DNA of 60,831 nucleotides, filler included, from Hausera hauseri (taxonomy: Eukaryota): the NCBI GenBank assembly GCA_046269625.1. It is 10 parts of 10 records of this genome, joined end to end, with 100 filler letters (N's around TTAATTAATTAA, not from the genome) between each part and the next. Parts side by side here need not be neighbours in the genome. Positions count along the whole stretch, not along the records: positions 44,164 to 50,291 come from JBJURY010136539.1; positions 50,392 to 55,147 come from JBJURY010448024.1; positions 55,248 to 60,831 come from JBJURY010225742.1; 7 more parts are not named here. One strand, 5' to 3'. The notes beneath the pieces are model-generated. The model was not told the origin of the DNA, ran no database searches, and saw only the letters and a list, made by a program, of their open reading frames with translations. The stretch's first letter is position 1. Each line of letters starts with the position of its first letter. The position numbers and the translations under genes are program-made. Below, one piece after another: positions 50,112-60,831 of this stretch.

Positions 50112-51459
50112 AGAGTTCTGTAACAAGGACAGGGAGGGAGTCATGAATGCACAGAGCACACTCAGTGGGCAAAGTCATGTGAGCTGTGCATTTGGGAATG
50201 AGTCCAAACAGCTGATCTTGTCACAAACATCATTTAGAGAGCTGTCACTTTGAGAAATTAAACTCGTGGTGTCATATGTCTGACAGTGTTTNNNNNNNNN
50301 NNNNNNNNNNNNNNNNNNNNNNNNNNNNNNNNNNNTTAATTAATTAANNNNNNNNNNNNNNNNNNNNNNNNNNNNNNNNNNNNNNNNNNNNTATAAAAAA
50401 GTCCAGCCAAATCCAAAAGTATTATTCAGAAGATACGGCAAAAGTTTCAGAAACTCCGGTGCAAAATTCAAAAGACCGGGAATTATCACCAAAAATGTTT
50501 ATTCGCGATATTCCCAACATTATAACCCAGGAATTGATAATACGTGACTCTATGTTTCTGGATGTGAAATGGGGCTCTATTTACCTTTACCCCAGTTACC
50601 CCACGAATAAGATACCCTTCGGAAGAAACAGCTGTCCATTCTATTCTACTTTTCAAAAGTCCCCCTTGCCGATGATGGATGATAATGTTGGGAGGAATGA
50701 GGTTGTGTTTGGGGGCCAACCGGCTATCCCAACAATTGCGAGTAATGAAATAGTACTGTTCGAATTTATTACGATACAAGCTAAGTTCAATACAGCAGAT
50801 ATAGAATCATAGTACAGATCAGCCACATTTTCTTCCAAAATTAAGAATGTAAATCTTTCGGATCCAAAAATATACTAGCAAATTCGAAAATTTCCTTTTA
50901 GTCATACTTGAATCTCCGTTCAAATAAGTCACTTAGAATATTTTATCGTGGTTAATTGCCTCAATCCTTATATACTGGTCTCATTTTACTCCCACCCACG
51001 TTGATGAATTTCTGTCAAACCAGAATTCACCCAAATGGATTCTTCGTGGGCGTTATCTAATTTATGACATTTTCGTTGAAGCCGCCATTGATGTCATTTG
51101 TGGACTGAATCATTTAAAATTTCTAATTCTAATTTCCTGTTTTTCTGATTTAGAAAATATTTCAATTTTTGTTTTAATGGGATTAATAATTCTAATTTCG
51201 GTTTTTTAGATACAGCATTTTATTTACATTGCCTGTACAATTTTCTACTCAATTTCTATCTTTTACAACATTTCCCTGAACGGCACTATCGTGTGTGCCC
51301 TTTGCGTCAGAAGAGGTACCGCCTTTATTGGAGCGGCTTAGTAGATTTAGTCATCTGCTTAAGTCTGCTTCAGAATCTGATTCATTACCTTGAGAACGTA
51401 TCTCTAAATGGTAATCCGTATTGGGTCTCCGAGGGAATATCTCTACTGTCCTGTTACTT

Positions 51460-52376
51460 TCCCCATTGGAGAAATTTCGTAGTTTCGTGGATTCAGCGCG
51501 ACATACTGGATAGGTCGTTTTCCTGTTTTACAGGGTCCTCGATTGCAGACAATATCGACAATATTTAGGAGTGAAATCCGTTGTTTAATACTACGAATTT
51601 TTAGTAAATATTAGCCGCATATTGGGCATCCTGCGTCTTCGGCGGCGTCTATATCTACTCCGTCATCTAATTCAATTCGCTCAAACACTAGTCCTTTTTG
51701 ATCTAAATACAGATACCAAACAATTCTTTCTGAGCTGGATGGAAGAAATTTTTTCTCGGGTCGCCGGATACGGAAATTAGCGTCCATTCCATTAACTCAT
51801 CCTTATCCAAATCTGGAATACCAATCTTTTTGCACTGTTGCTTTAGATGTATCCGAACGTGGATATCTACCAGAACAGTCAATTTCCCGGTTCCTATCTT
51901 TGAACTGAACACTGGAGTTAAGTATTTCTCTAATTCTGAGTTTTTCCCAGCATATGCATTTTCATACACGCTTCTTTTGGAATCAGTAGAAACAGAACAT
52001 GGCCTCCTTGATTTTGCCTTTACTGTAGTTTTCGGTCATGATTAAAATCCTGGAGGATTCTTTGATTTGGCCAAATTCCATTACTATTATGGGAACGTGT
52101 TCCTCTGCTGTTTTCCTTAGATCATCTACTTCCGACATCCTGGCTTTTCTAGTTTCTCCTTCTTTAACCGTCCTTCATAGCGGAAGATTTTTCTTCTTTA
52201 TTCAGCGGTTTCTTTGGTTTTTTGTCGTTTCGGTTTTTTCTGGGATTCGTTGTTTCTTTTTGGTTTTTGATCCCGGTTTTGTCTCGCTTTGTTTGGTTGA
52301 CTGATAGAATATTGTTCGGTTGATCTGCCTTTTGTGGGCTGTCATTGGCCCTATTCTTCTTTGTCCTTATACGCAA
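51460..52376 (-). pseudogene. ORF3 C domain plus RING variant of a third related Gypsy element (C)
   Basis: PVFSSK..GKLTVLVD...DLDKD...DPRK, CPICG, KYCRYCL...TTYPVCRAE match 37542..38312. Confidence 0.8.
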
Positions 52377-52377
52377 A

Positions 52378-53111
52378 GAGTAGGTAGAAGCGAGCTTCCT
52401 GTTGCACTCCTCTGATTGGCCCTAAAACCATTGGTCCTCACCTGATTGGCTAAAACGACCATTTTGGTAAAAATATTGGTAACGCCCCAGTGAAGGAAGA
52501 AAGTCGAGCAATGAATTTTAGATCGTGACCAATTGGTCAAGCTAGACAAGGCGAGCAAAGGTCAACAGCGCCGCGAAACCGAAAAATGTAACCCGGTGGT
52601 ACAGGATGCGGAAGAAAAAAACGGGCAATATGCAACCAGCAACGCAACACGTTGCTGGTATACCAAAATTTAGTACAGAGGTAAAATTGATATTTGCAAG
52701 TCGAATGGACAGTTTCGTCGTCATCCGACCGTGGGAACATGGGGAAAACCGGTTGGGAAAATTTCCCCCTGTTCAAGTCTGGCAGTGATGGAAAGAGGTC
52801 AGACACATTGCCCATAAGTTGGGGGAAATTTGATATTATAACAGCCTCACAGTCAGACCAACGGATCCGGGTGAAAAATGCAAAAATTCGAAAAACGCAT
52901 TGTTAAAAAGAGTCAAAATTGTCATCATCATCATAATCATGATCATTGTCATTATCGTTTTGTCAATGCGTTAATTTTGTAAAACGTGGATTTTATTTCT
53001 TTTTGTACGACGATGCTTAAAACCGAACGGTTTACGATCGATCGATCGCACAAAAGCGCCAAGAGCTCATAATTGAATACTACTACTACTCACAAGGAGA
53101 ATGTTTGTGAT
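52378..53111. mobile_element. Short version of the unclassified element at 18544-20376
   Basis: Shares the left and right ends and lacks the 324-aa ORF. Confidence 0.6.
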
Positions 53112-54815
53112 CCAAAGTGCAATGGTAGTTGTGGTGGTGGCACCTGAGACCGTCTGCTGCTTACAAAACAAATAATCGGTTATCGTAACGGAATTTCACT
53201 ACACAAAACAAAAGCTTCAACAACAACAACAAAACATGTATTTGAAATTCACAAATCTGCAGTAAACATTTAGTCATTGTTCACAAATCAAGAGTTTGTA
53301 GCGTAAGCCACAATAGGCAGTAATGCCCACATAATACGGTAAGTGGATGTTGATCCCCGAGGAAGAGAAGAGAAGTTTAGAATAGGTATATATATGTACG
53401 GCTATGTTCATTGAAAGTTATATTACATATATAAATCGAACTTTGACAGAAAGTATTGTTACTGAACTTTGACATCAGACTTGATTTTAACCGAAGGTAT
53501 ATAATATCAATTCCACATTTTCCATGTCATAAATTTCAATTCAATGGCAAGTGAAGTGAGTATTAATTTTACTTATGTATGTATTAAATTTTGTCGATTT
53601 TAAATTTATTGAGATTTTAAACTTTTACGAAATTTGCAATACTTTTCTTTAACTAATATTGTTTTAATATACATTTAACACGTTTCCTATATGTTCTATC
53701 AATCTAAAATGTATTCGTTTAATTCACAATGGTATATTCAGTAGTGTACAGATTTTGGCTATGACATAACTGACCACATATTATATTCAATGGATATTTT
53801 CATTTCTTTTTAAAGCAACTTCTTCAATCATATGATGTGCTGATGATTATAAATAATTTTACAATTATTAATTAGTACTCTAATACTTTGATCACATTGA
53901 TCGTGCCATTACGAAATGGTTGGTGTAAATTGTTAATGATAAATGTATCATTTAGCTTATATAAAAGTAGTCGATAAATGAAAACTACAATATATTGTTA
54001 CGTTCGATTATGTAGCTTCGATACTAACCAATTGCGGACAAAATAAATGAAATAAAAGTAGGCAAGCTTATAGTGTTGACTTGTTTATTGGTCGTCGAAC
54101 AAACTGGACGTTGACCTGCTTAAGACATCTCCGTTTTATTTTTATATTAGATGTCAACACAACTGAATAATTTAAAGTTCTGAAACCAAAATCCAAAGAC
54201 GTGTGTGCTTTGCAATTATTATTTAAAATACAACGAAATGGAAAGGTTAAATGCATTAATTATTTTCCATCGAATTTTAATCGAGATTATTTCAGCCCTT
54301 AAATAACACCAAATATCAATGGTTGTATGCACGTCATTTGAAGCTTAAAGCGTCACAGAGCAATTAATAAAGGTGAAAATCATGCGAAGTTCTTATGCAA
54401 TAGGAAAGAATAATTTTTACATGATATTTACAAGGAACATCACCTTACTGTTATTCGGAGTTTTACAAGTTCTGCACGTTCTACAAGTAAAGAAAGAAAG
54501 TGTTTGTGTTATAATTCTATTTAATGAAGTGTTTTGGATAAACTATAATTTTTTCCAATCTGATACGTACACAAATAAGTTTGCTTTCCATTGCACTACA
54601 GTTTGTGACGAACGGGCGTGAACAGTCCGTACTCTAACGGTTTCCCATGTTGCTTCACATTGATCACTAATTTGTTGAAACCACTTGCGCACCACCTACT
54701 ATAAAGTGGTTATATTAATTGAGGAAACTTTGCTGGCGTACACAACTCATGAAAGTTTCACGGCAATCGGCTGAAGGGCATAGGAACAGAGAAGTGAGAA
54801 ACAGACAAACACAAC

Positions 54816-54950
54816 CACATTTCCCCACCTATCTGACTATAAGGATCATTTAAATTTTTTGGGTGACCTAGTTTTCGGACAAACACATTTCCCCACCTAT
54901 CTGACTATAAGGATCATTTTAATTTTTGGTGACCTAGTTTTTGGTCTGAC
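54816..54950. repeat. 68-bp tandem repeat x2, related to 32850-33095
   Basis: CACATTTCCCCACCTATCTGACTATAAGGATCATTT...GGTGACCTAGTTTT at 54816 and 54884. Confidence 0.85.
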
Positions 54951-55589
54951 CACACCCGTTTGCAAGCAGAGATATTCGGGATTTTGTGTATAATATCGAA
55001 AAATCGATATATCTCTGGAACGAATAAAGATAATTTAATGCAATTTAATGTGTATGAATGGAATTAATTCCTCTACTGTCCTGTTACTTTCCCCATTGGA
55101 GAAATTTCGTAGTTTCGTGGATTCAGCGCGACATACTGGATAGGTCGNNNNNNNNNNNNNNNNNNNNNNNNNNNNNNNNNNNNNNNNNNNNTTAATTAAT
55201 TAANNNNNNNNNNNNNNNNNNNNNNNNNNNNNNNNNNNNNNNNNNNNGCATTGGTTGATTTTTATTGGTTTGTGAATGGTTGTTATTTGCTTGTGTGCAT
55301 TTCTGGTTTTTTGTATGTATGTTTCTTTTAGTTTTTGTGTGTGTATATATTTTAAAACTTTTAAGGTTAACCATCCACTCCACATTTCTATCCACAATTG
55401 GGGCAAATAACAAAGCCGTTGTTATTAACAAGTTTTTACTAACTACATATTTTATCTTATTCAAAAATATTTAAATTTTTAATAATTTAGTTTATTTTAT
55501 CAATTGATTATTTTTAGTCAATTGTTTTCTAAAATGTTTAATTTCAATAATCTTTTTAATATAAAAGCATCTTTGTTCCCTAACACATT

Positions 55590-56093
55590 TGTTAAAAAAG
55601 AGAAATTTAAATACATTTCTACCATAGAAAATTTGTAATGTTTTTCTTGAGTCAAATTGTCACTATTACAGAATAATTCAAATTGTGAGCATTAACAAAA
55701 ATTTAAAAACAGTAATCGATACAGTCGTGTGTGTACGCTTGTTTAATGGCAGAATTACTCATACGATACTGATTGCGGAGTTTTTTTTAATTTTCAACTA
55801 CAGTAACAATTACGAATGATAATCAATGGCGTCTACAACAGTAACTGCTATGCACTTAGTCACCTTAAGTTTTGATGATATGGACTATTAGAAATATTTG
55901 AAATTTGCAAAATCTTTCAATTGTAAAGCAATTTTTCGAATTATGAAGTAGCATTTTAAAATGTTTCACTTTTAGCTAATTATGGTTATTGCATAATGTT
56001 CAAAGTTGTGTGTTCAATTAGGTTCTAACGTTCTAACTTTTCATCTGATTCTCTGGCTCTATTAAAGATGAAAAACATATCTGTTCCCTAACA
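55590..56093 (-). mobile_element. 3' LTR of element B (504 bp)
   Basis: TGTTA...TAACA termini. On the minus strand it is preceded by a PPT (A, G-run, AAGA) at 56094-56107. Confidence 0.75.
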
Positions 56094-56300
56094 TCTTCCC
56101 CCCCCCTGTAATGAAATTTTTCTTAAAAATTTAAATATTTATTATCATTTAAACATTCAATAACGAATAGAAGATATGATAAAAAAAATTTTTACAGTAA
56201 TAAACATAGATAAAAAATAAAGTACATAAAATATAAGATAGACAGATATAGAAATACACATAAAAGGAAAGTTATTAAATCACAGCAAGTTTGTTATTTG

Positions 56301-58391
56301 TCACAATTGGATTGTCCATCCTGGGGTCCTCTGTGTTTCTTCTTTTGTTCTTTGTCTAGTGGATAACTGATACAAGTTCTCCAATATCAATTCGTCTTTT
56401 TTGGCGAATAATAGCATCCGGAGTCTTCTTTTGTTTGTGTTTTTTATTTTAATCACTGTTCCACCTCTAGGTTTTGGGATTGGAATATCGTCCAGTTGAA
56501 CCGGTATTGGTTGTTGTATCAATATAGGTTCATTTTGTAAAAGCATAATGGCATCTCTATAACTACCAAGCATAGCCAGGTGCAATGTGTTGCCTTGGAT
56601 ATGCCGGTAAATAATACCAATTAATTTTCCATGATCAGGATGCGGAACTATCTGATTATCTTGATCTTGAGTCGTTTTTGGCTCGTGGATAAACGTTACG
56701 TTGATAACTTTATTTATGTTACCGTAAAGTAACATTGATAGTTTGATTCCTATTGTACGCAGAGTTGGTTCTTTTTCTTGGAATTTTGTTATTTTGTCAG
56801 TTTCTGTTTGGTTTGTTGAATTGCAGATTTCTTGATTATTTGGCTTTGGATCCTTTTCATGATCTTGTAGGTCTTCGAACTTGAAATTTTCATGGTATCT
56901 TTTTGGGATTTGGTGGAATGCTCCATAGTCGATCACATTATGATTTGGTGATAACCAATCGAACTGCCACGTTTCATTTGTGCAAGAATTGTCTATTTGA
57001 CTATAGATGTCCATTACTGCATGGATTATGGACTCTGCATTTTTCGGGAATTCATAAGAAAATCCATAAACTTTTGGTAGTTGGGTAAGGTTAATCTTTA
57101 AACCTTCTTCCTGAAATCTATCCTTGGTGATTTTGTTACTCAAGATATCTATTACGCCGAATACAAAATGTTCGGGTATCCGAAGTGCTTTTAGAATAGT
57201 GCTTGTATTAGCACTTATTATGACATATCCAGTTAGGAATTTGATCAGCTCGGAACGATTTGCTTCTTCATCTTCAGATTGTTGAATTATTTGAAGAGTC
57301 AAACCATGAATGTGTTCGTTGGTGTTGGCTATTCTCCGCCTAGGGTTTATGTAGGCCTGGAAAATAATCAACTTCTCTTCGTTTGTAATGATGACTTCCA
57401 CTGGTAGTGGATCTCCGTTGACTGCGTATGCTAAAGATACGGCCAAGAATCTATAATTAAAGGCTTGGGTTAGCCGATAATTACAAATGTCATTTTTTGG
57501 AACTTTGTAAAAGATAGGTTGTTTAAAACCCGCTTTGTCTTCTAATGGCTGGCAGATCTCTACTCCTAATACCACCGGAGTTAGTAGTACTTTGAAGTAG
57601 AGGTTGGTTTTTAGCGCATTGGCCATTATCCTCATGGTAGTCTTTGATCCAATGATGCTTTTTTGCGGATTAATACCATCATAGGTTTCGTTTTCAGCCT
57701 TCCACTGGATTTTACCAGTAGCCACGTGCACCAGGATTTTTTCGAGTGGCTGTTGTGGTTGAAATATCGCGGCGAAATTCATATTGTACGATGGTTTTTC
57801 GATTCTAATTATTCGAAAAACCCGTTCGTTGAGAGTATTTGATTTCAGCGCATTGTCCAAATACTTACATTCTGGATATATAAGATCGTCTGATTCCTGC
57901 ATAAGTTGAACTAATTTTGTGTAGAATTTTGTTGGGTACAGATTTCTGTTAGCATCATAAATAAGAATGGATTTGTCGTACATCTCTTCCCATGTACGAT
58001 TTCTGATTCTATCTTCTTCACTTTCTTTAACATTTTTTATAATTTGATCCTGAACTTTTTGTTTCTTCTTTTCCGGGAGATCTTCAAAAGTTATCTTCAA
58101 ATTCGGACTATTGATTGTATTTTTGGATGATTTAACAATTTTGGAATTCTTGGCATACTTAATATGCCTCGATTTAATCCGAACCCTTGGGTTGGGTTTT
58201 GAAAGGTGAAAGAAGTTGATGGTTCTGATGGTGGTATAACCCTTCGTTTAGGGTTGGGGACCACTGAAACGATTGAACTGTCTGAATCAGATTCTGAGTT
58301 GCTATTTTTATCGAGATCGACTTCCATATCTTTCGTTTTCTTTTCGTCTTTCGGCTCGTAAACTGGAGTGTTGAGAAAATTCATAGGTTTG
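56301..58391 (-). CDS. Accessory ORF3 of element B with an inactive DEDDh (REX4/ISG20-like) exonuclease fold
   Basis: FLAVSLAY...VIITN...IFQAYINP...TNEHIHGLT...ELIKFLTGYVII...LKALRI...AVMDIY follows the REX4-type pattern without the acidic or His catalytic residues. One frameshift near 58100 joins the N-terminal part. Confidence 0.72.
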
Positions 58392-58914
58392 CTGTAAAAG
58401 AAAAAATAATGATAGCGGGTCGTTTTTAATGGCCCGTTTGCAAGGTAGGTTGTTACCTTGCATTGGTTGATTTTTATTGGTTTGTGAATGGTTGTTATTT
58501 GCTTGTGTGCATTTCTGGTTTTTTGTATGTATGTTTCTTTTAGTTTTTGTGTGTGTATATATTTTAAAACTTTTAAGGTTAACCATCCACTCCACATTTC
58601 TATCCACAATTGGGGCAAATAACAAAGCCGTTGTTATTAACAAGTTTTTATTAACTATATTTTCATTTTCGAAATTTTGTAAGGATTTTAATTGTTTTTG
58701 AATTTGTTTCCTTTCTATAATCCATTTTTTTAATTCGATAATCATAAATGGTATAGATATTGTTATTAGGAGTACAGTTATTACTGTAAATGGGATTATA
58801 GTTTTTAATGTAGTGATATGAATATTTGGTATTATTGTGGTCACTTTTAAGGTATATTGTTGTATTTCTAATGGAATCAGATGTTTTTGTGTTTTGGTTG
58901 GTGTTCTGACTGTC
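58308..58914 (-). CDS. C-terminal stalk/TM/tail of the element B env-like protein (frameshifted)
   Basis: KTVRTPT...TIIPFTVITVLLITISIPFMIIELKK continues the 626-aa ORF after a 1-nt shift near 58920. Confidence 0.65.
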
Positions 58915-60831
58915 TTATATTATACTGCTGCATGATTTTGGGAAAACGACTAAATATTCTTCATAGGGTTGGAGATCACTACATCTTGCCATTTTTTCAT
59001 TTTGCTTTATGGTAGCGTATATAACATGATATTTTCCTATACATGTTATGGTGATTGGATTTTTTACTAGTTGCATGGTTTTAAATTCAATATACAAGTC
59101 TGTTGTGCTTAGGTCAATTTCTGGTATTTTATTGAAATATGATATAGGAGTTGATTTAGTTATATCTATTTTTGGTGTTACTGTAGGTGGTATTAGTAGT
59201 CGTTTTTCAACCTTAAAAAACTGTGGTAATGTCATGTGGATATGGAAGTTTAAGGCCTTTTTGCCTGATTTATGCTCGAAAAATTTTGGAAAATAATATG
59301 TTATTTGTAAGTCAACATTTTCTTTTAAAGTGGGTCTCTTTATTACGATTTTATTTATCATTTTTGGACTATCGTCTTTTTCTTGAGTGAAAGAGAAAGT
59401 TTGACCCATCTTTTCTACATGAATCTGTCGGGCTATCGGACTAAATTCATTTCTTTTTTGTATGAGGTTTTGAGTTGTCAAAAAATACAAATCAATGGTA
59501 CAAGCTTTATTTATGAGTGTGGTAGTACATTTTTTAGTAAGTAGCCATATGTCTAATTCTTTTGGTGGCAATATTAGTTGAGAGATCTTTTTAAATTCTG
59601 ATTCTCCAAGAAATAGTGCATTTACCTGTTTTGGTAAATATTGCCATCTTAAATTTATTCGTATTTTCATATCGTCATCGATCCGTTCGGTTGTTAATAT
59701 TTGGCCTGTTGCTGATAATATTAGACCAAAGATCATAATTATGAAGAATAATTGTTCTAAGCTACAAGTTGATTTTAAAACTGGTTGTTTAGTTGATCTC
59801 AGGGAGTATTTTGGTTCCTCTGTTGGTTTGGGTTCTTTTGGTCCTTTGGTTACTCGTTGGGCTGATATACATTCAATTCTGGTCTTTTTACCAGTTCCTT
59901 TTTCGATAAAAATATTTTCGGGTGTAGTTTTGACTACTACAAAAGGTCCTTTGCCAGTTCGAGTTAATTTTAATGATTTTCCTGGTTTGGTTACTGGATA
60001 GTGTACCATTACTTTATCACCTGGTTGAAACTTATGAGGACTAGCTTTTTTATTATAATATTCTTGATATTCTTGTTTGTATTGTTTTATAGCTTGTTTA
60101 GCCTTTTTCCAATAGTTTGCTAAGCTATTAATAACACTTTCATGTATATCTTCATCCGACTGATTTTCAGGAATTTCTTTTTCTGGTAATAACTGAATGT
60201 CCATGGGTAGAAGTGGTTTTCTACCGTACATTAATTCGAAAGGTGTAAAACCTGATGAGCTTGTTGGTGTGGTTGCTATTGCGAATTGCACGACTTTTAA
60301 ATGAATATCCCAATCCTTTTGGGTTTTATCTATCATAGCAGATAGTATACACTGTACTGTATAATTTAATCTTTCAACTTTGCCGTTGCATTGGGGATGA
60401 TATGCTGTTGTTAGCAATCTATTGGTTTGGCAAATATCAGTTATTTCTTTTAATAATTTACTTCGGAAATTTGGTGCTCTGTCAGTTAATAAATGTCGTG
60501 GTGCGCCAAATTGACAAACTATTCTATTAATGCATTTCTTTGCTACCGTGGAAGCTAGTAGATCCTTTGTTGGAATTAAGATAGGATAGCTAGTTAGATA
60601 ATCTGTGCATAACAAGATATATTTATTCCCTCTTGAAGTTGTTGGGAATGGTCCAGAAAAGTCCATAGCGCATAGTTCCATTGGACTGCTTGGTTCTGGT
60701 AATGATTTTAACTCAGGTTTGTAACGTTTACCTTTATTTTTCATGGTTGCACACATTTTGCATTCGTCTACCCAATCCTTTACATCTTGTTCCATTGTAG
60801 GCCAGTAATATTTCTGTTTTATTCGTTTTTT
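58915..60831 (-). CDS. Gypsy integrase fused in frame to an env-like ectodomain
   Basis: CKMC, AMDFSGPF, LTDRAPNF, AYHPQCNGKVERLN, KGPF, YSLRS, then hydrophobic LFFIIMIFGLILSATG and FN3-like CSDLQPYEEYLVVF. Confidence 0.9.
   Translation of the reverse strand, partial: KKRIKQKYYWPTMEQDVKDWVDECKMCATMKNKGKRYKPELKSLPEPSSPMELCAMDFSGPFPTTSRGNKYILLCTDYLTSYPILIPTKDLLASTVAKKCINRIVCQFGAPRHLLTDRAPNFRSKLLKEITDICQTNRLLTTAYHPQCNGKVERLNYTVQCILSAMIDKTQKDWDIHLKVVQFAIATTPTSSSGFTPFELMYGRKPLLPMDIQLLPEKEIPENQSDEDIHESVINSLANYWKKAKQAIKQYKQEYQEYYNKKASPHKFQPGDKVMVHYPVTKPGKSLKLTRTGKGPFVVVKTTPENIFIEKGTGKKTRIECISAQRVTKGPKEPKPTEEPKYSLRSTKQPVLKSTCSLEQLFFIIMIFGLILSATGQILTTERIDDDMKIRINLRWQYLPKQVNALFLGESEFKKISQLILPPKELDIWLLTKKCTTTLINKACTIDLYFLTTQNLIQKRNEFSPIARQIHVEKMGQTFSFTQEKDDSPKMINKIVIKRPTLKENVDLQITYYFPKFFEHKSGKKALNFHIHMTLPQFFKVEKRLLIPPTVTPKIDITKSTPISYFNKIPEIDLSTTDLYIEFKTMQLVKNPITITCIGKYHVIYATIKQNEKMARCSDLQPYEEYLVVFPKSCSSII

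Larger units (their letters stand above)
55590..60831 (-). mobile_element. Env-bearing complex Gypsy element B, nearly intact 3' half
   Basis: IN-env ORF, TM ORF, ORF3, PPT and LTR occur in the same order as in element A. Confidence 0.88.

Noticed and set aside
54560-54812. DINE-1/Helentron-like non-autonomous fragment (AAAGTTTCA..AATCGG...ACAGACAAACAC)
   Set aside because: It resembles the motif only, and the ends could not be defined.
55070-55147. Exact copy of 51441-51517 at a contig end
   Set aside because: It is short and abuts the contig break, consistent with a repeat-induced assembly stop.
58097-58110. Programmed ribosomal frameshift in ORF3
   Set aside because: There is no clear slippery heptamer and element A has no equivalent shift. 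A mutation or sequencing error is more likely.

Overview
This is eukaryotic, AT-rich metazoan DNA. It is not one locus: 10 unrelated contigs are joined by artificial 100-nt linkers (N44-TTAATTAATTAA-N44), so adjacency across linkers means nothing. Most of it is decayed mobile DNA. There are Polinton/adintovirus pieces (ATPase, a split membrane-type gene, integrase, two tandem minor capsid genes, a core-like gene, major capsid, protease, pPolB), several Ty3/Gypsy LTR elements, L1/Tx1 and RTE LINE fragments, tRNA-derived SINEs, a Helitron helicase fragment and a hATm-like transposase. Cellular genes are PPCDC (40-bp intron), a secreted kringle protein (46-bp intron), a myosin-XV-tail/filamin chimera, and two vertebrate (probably teleost) XPO1 exons. 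The XPO1 exons suggest a fish-associated parasite genome or an assembly chimera (inference). The most striking signal is a family of complex retrovirus-like Gypsy elements, seen in 3 contigs. In two of them the integrase runs in frame into a type-I membrane protein with an FN3-like domain. A conserved accessory ORF follows, apparently spliced, with a catalytically dead DEDDh exonuclease fold, a conserved C-terminal domain and an optional one-zinc RING. All protein family calls come from motif recognition by eye; no searches were run.
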